64,000 bases of DNA from Microbotryum violaceum (taxonomy: Eukaryota), in the NCBI GenBank assembly GCA_001244265.2, contig CDLV01000009.1, forward strand, positions 992,001-1,056,000, in the 5' to 3' direction. Position 1 is the first letter of the stretch. Each line of letters opens with the position of its first letter. Position numbers and translations under genes: made by a program. Below the pieces are notes generated by a model. The model ran no database searches. It was not told the DNA's origin and worked only from the letters and a program-made list of their open reading frames with translations. Below, one piece after another: positions 1 through 12,355 of the stretch.

Positions 1-1054
1 GTTCCTGTTTGTGGGTAGATGAGTCGGAAGGACCGTCCAACACCTATTCAACAGAGCCGGGAGGCAGCGAACTGCTTTCACGCCGAGGCCACACCATAAA
101 CTTTTCACTGGACTTCGGCAGGGCCTATTTCACAGCCGGTCCGTGCGTGCCCAGTGAGCGTAGCGTGAGAAGCATGGAATGACACTGCGCCGAGGACGCC
201 GCCCCGATGTCTCAGCTTCACTGGAGCGTGTCTTACTTTGTCGGGATCCGCAGGCTACGGGACCCAGCTCGGCCAGGGCCAAAACGTGACCGCGGGTGAG
301 TGGTTGTTGTAGATTATTATAAAAATTAGTTGCTTTCCCCGAATGGAAACTGTCGCAATTCAGGACCTACACCGGTCTGATGGGCTACTTACTGCTTCAG
401 GCACATGTTAGCTTGTGCCGAGAAATGATAATGGAAGAGGCTTGCTCCACGCAATCCTAAAGGCGGGAAAAAGGTTGCGCAGGCTGCGGGGCCGAGAGCG
501 CGAGAGGGGGGCCGGGCAGTGGGCATTGGGCGCTGGGCACGGCGCATGGCAGGCCGGCAGGCCGGCACGAGCGTCATCTGCTCCGTCACGGTTGAGCTCT
601 CACCCCCTTGTCACGAACATTGCACTTCGTCTGCGTGCTCACTTACCGAACCATAGGACTGGCCGGCTGCTCACCTGATCATTAACGGTCACCCTGATCG
701 TACACCAGCCTGGTGCGACGTCTCTTTCTGCAAGCAGCGATCTCTTCGAGGCCGACCATCACGTTCTGATCGCCCATTTGGGACCGACTTTTCGTCACCT
801 CGACCTCCACCTCGATTGATTCGGCGTCTGCGGTCCTACCTTTTCTTGGACACGAGATAGCACTCGTCCTAGCGCCACTCTCTAGCTTTGCCTCTCTTCG
901 TCGACCACAACGTGTGTGACTGCCATTCGTCTCACCTGTTTCATCCTACCACAAGATCTCGGCGATCAGATCGACAGTAAGCGGATCGAGCGGCTCAAGA
1001 GGACCGTGTACATCTGCACAAGCTCGAAAGCTCGAGTAGGCGCAAGTAGGAGCC

Positions 1055-4000
1055 ATGTCGAAGGATCTTTCAGTAGTATCCCCAAGGGCTTTGAGTCTGG
1101 CGGCCGTGTGTCTACAATCGACAGTGCTGGCCATCGTGTAAGCCCACGCTCTCGGATCGTTCCTGCCCAATGTGCTCGCCCGATGCGAGCGCTGCTGACG
1201 ACCCCGAGGGGGTTTTGGCTGTAACCTTTGCAGTCTTCATATCTCTCAAGCAAAAGCAAGTCCCGGTGCAAGGTCGTACAAAGCCTCGAGTGCCGTCCTC
1301 TTGACAGGTGAGTTGTACGCTCAAGCGGGCTCGACGATGAGCGAGGCTGGACGATCGCTCCGACATTCGCCAGCCGGGATGGCGGGCAGGTGGGCTGGCA
1401 GCTCGCCGGGCCCATCTCCGAGTAATACGAGGCGTTTCCGGCGTCAATCTTAGATGTTCCCTGTACTCGCACTGACATACACCCCGTCCCACCCTATTTT
1501 GATGTTTGATTTTTTTCAGAACTCGGAAAACTATTGCTCTCCTTGTTGCTGGCACTGCGGGACGTGTGGAAGGAGCGCGAGGCATTGCTGGCGCCTAGAC
1601 ACCCCTTGCCTTCGCCAGAGCTCTATTCGTCGGGCTACGAGAATGGCAAGGACAAGTACTCGCTACCACCGGATGCGGCGCCACCAGAGTCTCGTCGACA
1701 CACACTCCGGCGACGGAGCTCCGCCATCAGCCTCGACCTGCGAATAGAACATCACGAAAAGGTGCGGCGCATGTCTGGCAAGTCGGCGCTCGCGGCGTTT
1801 CAATGGCCTCGCACAATGCTTTTCCCCGTGCCGGATATGAAGGACTCGCCACTGCTGTGTGGTAGTCCCGAGATTGTGAAGAGGCTCAACGACCCGACTT
1901 TGTGGACGCGGCGCCGTCGCCTGGGTCTGCGAGCGATGCTCTGGGAGGACATCTTTGGTTCCGACTGGTGGAAGATGGGGATTCCAGCAGTGCTCTTTGC
2001 GGTGCAGAACAATCTGATGTGAGTCGACAAGATCCTCTCTATTTCGTTCTATCTAGACCTATGCAAGGTGTCGTCGAGCTCAACGTTTGTTCTTTGCAGC
2101 TACGTCGCCGCTCGCAACCTCTCCATTCCCGTCTTCCAGATCACGTTTCAGATCAAGGTGAGGCACCCAAGATACTGGAAGCGGAGAAAGGAAGCCGAAC
2201 GAGTACCAATACATGCTGACGCGTGCTCTTCCACTTTGGTCTGTACAGACTGTGGTCACCGCTTTGTGCGCCGTAGTGATGCTCGGCCGCCGGCTGACGG
2301 CCTTGCAGTGGGTCACGTTGATCACACTCGGTGCTGGTGTCGCCTCGATGCAGCTCGGCGCGATCCATGCCAAGTCCGGCGGCGACCCCGGCCACTCACC
2401 CAACGTTTCCGCTGAGGAAGATATGAACCACCTGGCTGGGGTGGGTGCTGTGCTCGTTTCATGTTTTGCTTCGGCCATCGCCGCAACCTACTTCGAACTC
2501 GTCATCAAGAAGCCCGCTGTGGTTCCTCAGATCCGCGAGTACATGATGGTCGCACCGCCGGATCTCAAGCCAGCGAGTCTTTGGATTCGCAACATCCAGC
2601 TGTCATTATTCAGCACCTTGTTCGGCATTGCGGTCGTCCTTGTGCAAGCCAGCCCAGCCCATTTCGCCTTCCACGGAGGACTTTCGCTCGACTTCAAGGG
2701 CACGCTCGATCCCCTCGAGCATTGGTACGATCCGTTCTCACTGGCGGCCGAGGGGTTCTTTGAAGGCTTCAACTCCATGACGTGGTTTGTCGTCGCGTTG
2801 CAGACCATTGGCGGACTACTTATTGGTAGGTCACCGACTCGTGAGATGCTTTTCGCGCAATGCCGCTGTTCACCAAGCTCATCCGTGGTCGCGTGTCTGA
2901 GTCTTCTTCGTAGCCCTCGCGATCAAGTACGCCGACAACGTTGCGAAATCGTTCGCGCTCTCGGTCTCGATCGTGTTCACCTTCCTGCTCTCGGTGCTCA
3001 TGTTTGACTTCCAAGTCACACCCTCGACCGCTATCGGTGCCCTCGCTGTGGTGGGATCGACGATGCTATTCGAAGTCGACCAAAGCGCACTCAAAGCGGC
3101 AATCATGCTCGACGGTCATAAACGAGCTGGCCCGCTCCTCCGCAGATGGCATTACGTCTTGTTGGTGGTGCTCGGGACCAGCTTCCTTGCGACCGTCACT
3201 CCACTCTCGCGTTTCTCCGTCACCACGGCGGCTTGGGACGCACTCAGCTCGCACGTCGACCTGTCCGCTTCATCAACGCAGCCGACAATCGCCATCGCCG
3301 ACATGGCCCACATCAACGCGTACCTTGCGAGGGGCGCTGGTTCGGGCGAAGGGGAATGCGATTGGGGCTTGTCGCCCTTGCGGCTGTCAACACGACAGGC
3401 ATTCGGGCCCGCGATTGACAAGGGCCTTGCGGCTTCCAATGTTGTGAGTCAGTAAGGTCTTCAATGGAAAAGCGAACTATGAAATTGACCTCGTTAAGTG
3501 TGACGTGCTACATAGAACTTTCCGTATTACGAGTTCGAGACTGGGCAATACTCGCTCGACGACATTCTTGCTACACGCATGACTGACTATGCGCACAACG
3601 TCCCGATTCTCGCGTCACCCTCACCAGACTTCATTTTCCTTCCCCTCCTTTCGCTGTTCTACTCGAATCCGTGGAACTGCGAGTCAAAGTCTCTGCAAGA
3701 AGGAATCCGCCAGACGACAGAATACATTCGCGCGATCGTTCACAGCGTCGGCAACACCGCCTACCCTCGCATCATCTTGCCCATCGCAGGTGTTCGCTCG
3801 GACGTCGAGGACAAGCTCTTCACCCCAGAGCTGATGGAAGAGTTTAAGGATAGCGTTGTGGTGGTCTCGATTGAATCGGCACCCAGGAGATACGCCGAGG
3901 GGCTTAAATATCTGATCGACGTCCCCTACCCGACCTGGTTCCATCTCTCGACGACCCGCGCGGGTCGCAAGCCCGGGACCGACGACTACTTCCTGCATCA

Positions 4001-4844
4001 GAACCGACCGAACCTCGTCTTCTACACTGCAGCAGTGTCGCACCCCTGGGACGCCTCCGCGTCCGACCCGTTCAACGGCTTTGCGCTTCGTCAAGTTCTG
4101 CAGCGTCAGTTCTCGGACTACGTTGCACTCCCTGCTGAGCAGCAGACCTCGCGCGTCATCTTCGAAGACCTCAAAGTCGACCACAATGGCTCTGGGGATT
4201 CTGAGGGCTTCCATAGCTCGATGGCGTCTTCAGTGTTCTGCCCCATGCCCGCGGGTGACTCACCCACGCGCCGCGCATTGTACGAGGCCGCGCTGCTCGG
4301 CTGCATTCCCATCATCTTCCGCGAGCGCTCGTACGGTCGCTTATTCCCCTCATCCCCCGAGATCAACGACCTGTCGCGATGGACCGTCTACGTCGACGAG
4401 CACGAGATGATTGAAGGAGTCGGGCAGGGTCTGATTGAGCGCCTCGAAGCGATTCCCCCGTACGAGATCCAGCGTATGCAACGCCACCTCGCGTCCATCG
4501 CGGCCGGTCTGCAATGGTCGGTCCTTGATGAAGACCAGTGGTACCCACCCGCGCGGGTCTCCCGTACCAACCCGGGCGTCTACAACCAGACGAGCTTTTA
4601 CAACCATACCAAAAGCATCGACCAACAGAGGAGAGCCTCTCCGGTCATCGATGCCTTTTCTCTTCTCGTCAAAGAGCTGGAAGGAATCCGTGATGGCACA
4701 TGGCGAGCCGGTATCGCCCGGGACCATCGCGTCGGCAAACATTCGAAGCATTTCGGAAAGTCTGCAGCGCATCAGCAGCAACAAAATCAAAAAATACAGC
4801 AGGTCAAGCGCCAAAACACTCGTCGGCGAGCGGGGGAGCCTTGA
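1055..4844 (+). CDS. Nucleotide-sugar transporter (SLC35A/UDP-galactose transporter family) fused to an exostosin-family (GT47) glycosyltransferase, ~1049 aa
   Basis: Exons 1055-1137, 1234-1307, 1520-2018, 2100-2157, 2249-2825, 2914-3443, 3516-4844 (3150 nt, all GT-AG, phases consistent). Transporter motifs: SSAVLLTELGK, IPAVLFAVQNNLIYVA, FQITFQIK, LWIRNIQLS, GGLLIALAIKYADNVAKSFA. GT47 motif: SSVFCPMPAGDSPTRRALYEAALLGCIPIIF. Confidence 0.85.
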
Positions 4845-5588
4845 TAATCGCCGGCCTCGGACTCAGCCGGACTCAGCCGAGGACCCGTTCCCATGTTTCA
4901 TAAATCCAGTCGGTATGCCATGTTGTAATGTTTACCTAGGAGGAAGCAGTTCGCATCATGTCACTAGAACTGTCGTTATTCACATGCAGTACCTGCTTCA
5001 GTACCTGGATTATCTCTGTCATGATTACAGACCCACTTGCAATTGTACGGGTCCCGTCACTTACTATCACCCTGGCCCAAACCGCTGATTTGCAGTGAAA
5101 AAGTTGGAAAGTCGTGCACCCTGTCTTACGAGAGCTCACGCGCTCACGAGCGCCCCTGCCGGCCGCTGTGGGCACAGCGGCGCCTTTGTCCTGATCTGGA
5201 CCCTGGCAGAGCCGGTCGACGAAGCTGCGGCGGTGTCGGGTTACGCCCTGTCTGAAAGGGCGGCGCCACCTTGCGGTTTCCGCCAGGGCGCCGGTGTCTC
5301 AAGTAGCGCTTCGAGCAATAGCGATCACACCTCCGACTCGACGCGGACGCGAGCAGCCTTCGACCGGTCTCCAGTCAAGACACCCATCGTCATTCTTTCG
5401 AAAATTGATCCAAGAGTGGTTATATCTGCAGCGCAGATAGGCCCCGTTCCTTGTGTAAGTGAGCTCGCCGCCGAGCGAACATTTTACTTCAATCAGGTGT
5501 CCCTCGGCCGGAGGCTGGCGCTCAAGCCTAGCCCCGCCCAGTAGCGGTACAGGAGAAGCTAACAACCCTCATGATCGCTCGCTCCACC

Positions 5589-6893
5589 ATGACAGGCTAT
5601 ACGTCCCCTTCAATGTATTCTCCGCACGAGCTTTCGAAAAATCAGGCTGCGGAGCCAGCCAAACATAGTTATGGCGTACAAAACCAGCAGCTCGTGCGTA
5701 TGAATGGCATCGCACTTTGCGAGTGAGCCGTGCTGGTCCGCGGTACTGAACGCTGCCGGTTGTTTTTCACGTCAAATGTATCTACCTACTCCCCAAATGA
5801 GCGTGGGTGGCAATAGGAACAGCAGGTGAGCTCTCGATAGCCCTGGTGAAATTTTGGCGCCGTAGCAAATCTTCGGAAAAGGGATTGGAGACCGCCCGAC
5901 GCCTAAGGGTCGCCGTTACTGTGCCTTGTACAGGTGAAGCAGCCCTCTAACAAAGTCAATACTGATACGTTTAGAATGTTGCGATTGCCTAAACAGATCG
6001 GTCGAGATTGGACTCGATGGTTATCGTCATTGGAATAACGACATCTGTCGCTGCCACGAACGGCCTTGGTTGGTCTGTGCGGCGTATTGCTGTCCCTGCG
6101 TCATCTGGTCGTTGATTCACTCCAAGACGGAGCATCTTGTTGCTCACGGTACTCGTGCGTTCCCTCATGCGGAGTGGGAGCTGTCATGTCACGTGCCCCT
6201 AGCCCCGGAACACTGACACAGCTTGCCCCCTATTGCTTTCGAACGCACCCCGTCGCCGGCCTCGCATCTTGACAGCTCATCCCAATCCACGAAAGGTGGG
6301 GTCATGGTGCTGCATCATTGCGTTCTCGCCTATTTGTGTGGCCCTCCCTGAGGTTTTGTTGGACTATGCATCCCGCGCCGAAACCCGCAAGCGTTATGGC
6401 ATTCGAGGGAACTGGGCCGAGGACTTTGCCATCGCGTTGTGCTTACCTTGTTGCTCAATTGTCCAGGCAAGTTTTTCGTTCGCATTGCGTCAATTTGCAG
6501 CCAGCTGTGTCATCCCCTCACACTAAGTGTATGTCATGATTGATGATCACCGCACAGGAATACCGCGAGATTGAAGACGAAGAGATCGCACTCGGAGTTG
6601 AACCGGCTCCCCGCCCCACTTGGCTGCGACCGCACAACATCGATTGGATCATCACGCGTTTTGTTTCATTATTGTCTCGTGGCTTCCAATATGTATGTCG
6701 TTTATTGAGGGGGGTTGTAGGTCATGACAGTGATGGAGCAGCTTTGTATTTAAGCTTTCAAGCTTCACTGAAGGGCCGTGGTGGCTATGTAGTTGGCCTG
6801 TCGCCATGTCGCCGACTGACCGCTGACCTCCGAGGTTACGTTGTGCAGTGCCGGACGGCGACTGGACCCGGTCGCTCCAAAGGATGTGTTTGA
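5589..6893 (+). CDS. PLAC8/Cys-rich family protein, copy 1 (start and end uncertain)
   Basis: Spliced translation gives MSVGGNRNSRSVEIGLDGYRHWNNDICRC...AAYCCPC...RAETRKRYGIRGNWAEDFAIALCLPCCSIVQ|EYREIEDEE, the PLAC8 CCPC, RxRYGIxG and QEYRE motifs. One intron has a GC donor (GCAAGT at 6467). Confidence 0.75.
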
Positions 6894-7345
6894 GTGCATC
6901 GCATTATACGGTATAGCGAGTTATGGTGCTCGCAGTGGTTGATGCTTTCGTGCACATGAAGCCCACGGCAGAAGAACCTGTGGCTCCAGCGTCGGCACAC
7001 GATCGAGCTGAGCGAATCGGCTCGACTGGGTCCGAGCGGAGCCGGGCTGAGACGTGCAGCCTCTGGCACCGCCACCATCCTCGAAGACGACTCGGTAACG
7101 GTGCATTCTGTCCCCGTCTCACGCTCCCCTCTGAAATATATCAAGGTAGAACGATCCTTTTGACCAAAGGTGAGTGAGATTACTCGCGGTTACTCGGAGC
7201 AGTCGTGCAGTCCCCCGACCGTACCCATGCATTCCAAGATGACTCGATCCAGCGCTCGATCGGCCACGCTGACCTGAACCGCACGTCGTAAATGTGTCCT
7301 CACAGATCGCCCTACTCGTCCCCATCCCCGCACCAACCTATACCG

Positions 7346-8378
7346 ATGACGATTGACTCTGTTCCCGCCAAGGGCGAGTTGCTGGTCAACTTGGACGATG
7401 GGTCGGCTCCGAGTCCCCCTTCGTACGAAGCGTCCGAGTTGGGAGATCGCGCGGCGACGATCATGGCCGAGCAACTCGTATGTGCTTGGATCTGACTGCG
7501 GCTGCAGAACACAAATCAACTGAACAGAGCTAGCCTATTCGAACCACAGCAACCCATGAATAAGATGACCATCGCAGGAGCTCGTAACAGCAAGTGAGTC
7601 GTCGAAGGACGGCCACGTCGCGACTCGCCCTCTTGCCCCCTATCCATTAGGGCTGGGCATGCTTCACCAGAGTAGCCCGCACTTCAGAGCTGCACTTCAA
7701 TTGCGCCTCTTGCGGTTTTGCTGAAGTGGTTTCGTGCCTCACTGCAGATCCGTTCCTATCGGTCTTGATGGTCGACGAGCTTGGAGTCATGGTCTGTGCG
7801 CGTGCCTTGAACGACCCGGCCTGTCGCTCGCGGCGTTCTGCTGCCCATGCTCTCTCTGGGCGACGAACCATTCGAAGATCAACCACCTCGCCGAGACGGG
7901 TATGCGTGAGTCACCTTTTCTCAACAAGGCCTTGATGGTTCTTTCTTGCCAGTGCACCGCTAATCGTCCCATTCCTCGGATCTTCGCTTCAAGCCGATCC
8001 CTCGCCCGAGCGCGTCGGCCTTTGGTGTGCGCTCTACGCCATCTCACCGAACTTCCTCGGCATCGGTCAAGTCTTGATGCAAACCGTTTCGCGCTTCCAA
8101 ACGCGCGAGCGTTACGGCGTTCGCGGCAACATCGTTGAGGACACCCTTATTGGCGCGTTCCTGCCTTGCTGCTCTCTCGTTCAGGTTCGTTTCTCTGCCA
8201 TCTGAACCTTTCACCCATGTGAGCTCCCCGACTGAAGGATCTTCATACTCCATAAAAGGAATATCGAGAACTCGAAGCCGAGGAAGCTGCCTTGACGCAG
8301 ACTTCTGCCGCTCCCGAGACCCACTTCCAAGACGAAGAGGGATCCATCGCTTCGGGTTCCACTGAACCCCTCATCTGA
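7346..8378 (+). CDS. PLAC8/Cys-rich family protein, copy 2
   Basis: Spliced translation GARNSKSVPIGLDGRRAWSHGLCACLERPGLSLAAFCCPC...RERYGVRGNIVEDTLIGAFLPCCSLVQ|EYRELEAEE; stop TGA at 8376-8378. Intron positions match copy 1. Confidence 0.85.
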
Positions 8379-8723
8379 TCGTCGATCCTGATCCGAATTC
8401 GTGTCTCGACATCGTGTACCACTCCATTGAACCCTCCTTTGTTATTGTTTGTTCATATTTGTTCCCGTTCCTCCCCCTTTAGCTCTAGCTTGCCATTTGT
8501 ATTACATCGTCGCTCGTTCGTACCTTCGGTGTCAGGTGAGATTTCCTTCCGCATCGAAGGTGAGAATTGAGAGCTGCACCGTGCCAATTTCACTGAGGCG
8601 CACACTTCCCGAAGCTGGCTTCTGATGAAAAGGTCATCTCGAGCACACATGCTTACATAACCAATGAACGTTACACAACATCTTTAAGATTCAAATGTTC
8701 CGTTCGCGTCAAGGCAATGTTAT

Positions 8724-10771
8724 TTAGATCCTCAACTTCTTTCCTTTGAGTGCCCACGCGGCGCCTACCACGAGGGCGCAATACCCGATCAAGATGAGCA
8801 TCGCGATCGTGGTGCCAGTGTACATGCTCTCGATCGAGACGTTGACGAGACCGGTCAACAGGTTGGCCTTGGGAAGATTGGATAACAAAGTCACGGATCA
8901 GAACCAGGTTGGCATCTGGAAACGGCGCCTAAAGGCACTCACGACAAGGAAGACGAGCAGGCCGTTCTTGTTTATGGCTTCAAAAATGCCAGGCGCTGAG
9001 CTGGATCGCGTCGTCGGCGATTTGGAAGCCCAGAGGTGGACGCAGAGGTAGAGGAACAAGAAGGCCGTGTTGAAAGCCGCGACCCAGAGGATATAAGGGA
9101 GGTTGGCCTGTATGCTCATCCAATGCGACGTTCACTCTCAGCTCTCAGCCGCGTGTGGCTCCTGGACTAGGACGTACCAGCCTTCTTGAAACCTCGATCC
9201 CCGACCACCTCACAAGCACAAACAACGTCGACCAGATGATGGCATAGCTGCCCAACACGCTCGCCAACTTGTCCGGTTTCGAGCGCCAGACCTTTTCCTT
9301 CTTCTCCGCCAGCTTGCGTTGGACCTCCTCCGATGCCTGCGAGTCCGCGGTCGTGGTCATGACGTGGTAGAAATACGGGTCCGGGGGTAGGACATATAGC
9401 CCTGTACCTAGCCCCAGAAGATAAATCGCCAGGTAGCCTGTGGGGACCTGTTTGGGTGAGCGAAGGGCACGTGCAAGAAATGGTATACACGAAGCACTTT
9501 ACCTGGCAAGCTGACGAGCCCTTCCTTGTTCTGGGACACGAGGGACACTCTTGCAGCCGTCAAAACCCAGCTCGTCACGCTTGTTCGGCTTAGGATGAGT
9601 TGATGCACTACATCGAAAAAATGCGCCGACGCGTCAAGTCAGCATCAGGACCCCGAAATCAAAGGGTTCCGGACGAGAGGGTGTTGCGCACCAGCGGTAA
9701 CGAGGAGGGCCATCAAGGTGAATCCGACCTTGGGTACTAGTCTCTCGAGACCGGCTCCAAATACAGGCAATATTGCCATAGTGAAGAAAAAGTTCCAATG
9801 CACGCCGTATTCGGTGACGTGTTCCTATTCAGAAGACAAAAGCTGAGATCAGCACAGATGTCATTTCTGGTTTCCTCAAAAATGACAAGATAGCGTACCG
9901 GATAATCCACGCCTTTGACCATGACGACTCTGACCATGCCCAAGGCCAACAATCCGGCACTATGCTGGATCGACTTGAGAATCTCGTGCAGGACGCTCGA
10001 CTTCGTTTGTTTTTGCCGCAGGATGGGCAAGGCCGAGATGAGGCCAAGCGAGAAGACGAACGAGCCGACTCCCAGGTCCATCTTTTCGTAGGAAAAGTAC
10101 CGGTTAGACTTTGGCCGGAAAACGTTCCAAAAGAAAGGTAATGGACTGAGAGGATTTGAACTCACTATCGAGGTGCCATACGTCTCGGCCTTGGCAAAGG
10201 ACCTTGGGAAAATAGGAAAGTCGACCGCAAGGATACAGATGACGGTCATGAGCATCATGTGGGCTCGGTATACCGTCACGAATGGTCGATTAAAGACTTG
10301 GAACGAGGGGAGATGGGTCGACGAATGAGCGCCGGGTGTCGGCGTCGATCGCTTGGACGTCATCGGCGATAGGGGTGGGGACAGCGGTGTTGGCGGCAGC
10401 ACGTTCGAGCAGGCTACGATGCAGAGCACGAGGAACGCATTGAAGAGGAACGCATGCGCCGCTGCCAAGGTAAGAGCGAGCAGCAAAGGCACGACGAGTA
10501 CGAGGAATTCATAAAAGGGGGCCTTGAGGGATGATGCGGTGCGGGAGGAGAAGCGCGCCGAGACGATCGTCCACAGCGCGTAAGTGGTCTGCAAGGTCCG
10601 TGCGCGCGAGTGTTCAGCGATGCAAGACCGAACCTTTTACCGCGTATCGCGGGTAGATGTGTGAGACATGCTACTCACAATAGCAGTGGCACATACGGTG
10701 TTGATTGTTAGGATGGATCCTCCGGCCGAACCCGACACGAACTGCTCCTTGGCGTGCTTGTAGCCGCTCAT
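8724..10771 (-). CDS. GWT1: GPI inositol acyltransferase Gwt1/PIG-W
   Basis: [14 protein letters not shown] start; [76 protein letters not shown] motifs; C-terminus KGKKLRI. Confidence 0.95.
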
Positions 10772-11059
10772 CCTTCGTCGAGCGGTCGTGTTGGTGGCTC
10801 CAGGAGCTCCGTTCGAGGTTGAGGGGTCCCGAGAGGCCGAGCTTGTCGTGCACGCGCGGGTGAGACACGTAGGGCGCGTCACTTATTCCAGTGATCGGTC
10901 CATACTGCGTCCTGCGAGTATGCGCGTTGAACGACAGCAGGGCATGAGTGCGAGCACAATCATGACCGTGCCGGGCTACGAAGCGCGAAGCCCGGGGGGG
11001 TGGAAATTCACCATTAGCCCCCGAGGAGTGCGCATTAGTGATGGCGCTGGTCGGCGCTG

Positions 11060-11075
11060 ATTGGGTCTCTATTGG
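11060..11075. promoter_or_regulatory. Two CCAAT boxes (ATTGG on +) upstream of NDUFS3 in the GWT1/NDUFS3 divergent promoter
   Basis: TGATTGG (CCAATCA on -) ending 11064 and ATTGG at 11071-11075, about 100 bp upstream of the NDUFS3 ATG. The motif is short and could be chance. Confidence 0.3.
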
Positions 11076-11166
11076 TCTGATCGCGCCAGTATGCTGTGTG
11101 AGCGCCGCCTTGATCGGGCCACGCTTCTACGCACACCCACCTCTGATCACCGCCGTCGATTCTAAC

Positions 11167-12355
11167 ATGGCCTCTCTCGCACCTCGCACCGTTGTGAGGT
11201 CGCTGTCCTCGGCAACACACTCGGCACGCCGGTCCGTCGCTGCAGTCCATGGCGCTGCGCTTCGAATGTCGGCTGCCTCGTCCTCCGCCCCTGCGTCGAG
11301 GCCGCTGACCACGTCCAGTGCGGCCCGATCAGGTACGTGCCTTCCGTTGCGTCGTGTGTTCAATGCGAATCCGTTCAGCTCACCACCACCATTCCACCAC
11401 TCAGCAGCTCCGGCAGGCCAGGAGTCGCCGTTCAAGGAGCCGGCACCTTGCAACCCGAACGAGGATTACCTTGCGATCGCCCCCCAGCTGCAAGAGTTCG
11501 GTGCCTACCTCATGGCCTCGCTCCCGAAATTCATCCAGCAGACTTCGGTCTACAAGGACGAGCTCACCCTCTACGTTGCGCCGTCTGCGATCGTGCCCGT
11601 GCTCCACTTTCTCCGCGACCACACAAACACCCAGTACAAGCAGGTCATGGACATCGCTGGCGCCGACTACCCGAGCCGCTCGCACCGGTTCGAGGTTGTG
11701 TACCATCTCCTCAGTGTCAAGCACAACTCGCGCATTAGGGTCAAGACCTACGCCGACGAGGTCTCTCCCGTGCCCTCCGCCACCGGTCTCTTCAGGGGTG
11801 CAGATTGGTACGCGCCTCCTACGCAGCAGGGTTGATCGCGTAGCCGCATCATAAAGAAAGTCCAACGCTGCTAATCCCTTCATCCTCCCGTCGCCGTGGG
11901 CAGGTACGAACGCGAGGCATGGGACATGTACGGCATCTTCTTCACGGGTCACCCCGATCTGCGAAGGATCCTCACCGACTACGGCTTTGAAGGCCACCCT
12001 CTCCGCAAGGATTTCCCCTTGACAGTACGTTCACCAAGCATGTGATATGAACCAGTGCTAGCCATGCGATACATCTGCGCTGACCCGGTACGACCCTCTC
12101 TGCTTCACTTCCGTTCCCACTCGACGCGGAATCTGCGTTTGTACGGCATTTGCCGATTCACAGGGCTACACCGAGGTGCGTTACGACGAGGAGAAGAAGC
12201 GTGTCGTTTCGGAGCCTCTGCAACTCTCGCAAGCGTTCCGCAACTTTGAAGGTGCTCTTTCACCGTGGGAAGGGACGGGAGCCGGTGTCGCGTCGAGTCC
12301 CGAGCAGTTCACGCTCAAGCCGCCGCAGGAGGAGAAGGAAGGGGGCAAGAAATGA
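11167..12355 (+). CDS. NDUFS3: NADH:ubiquinone oxidoreductase 30 kDa subunit (NuoC-like), mitochondrial precursor
   Basis: Arg/Ser/Ala-rich presequence; [80 protein letters not shown]. Confidence 0.97.

Noticed and set aside
1-700. Possible 3' exons of an upstream gene
   Set aside because: Some splice-like signals are present but there is no recognisable protein or consistent model.
5915-5945. Recursive splice site (TACAG|GTGAAG) inside a PLAC8 intron
   Set aside because: Weak donor, not required for the reading frame, and not matched by an equivalent site in the paralogue.
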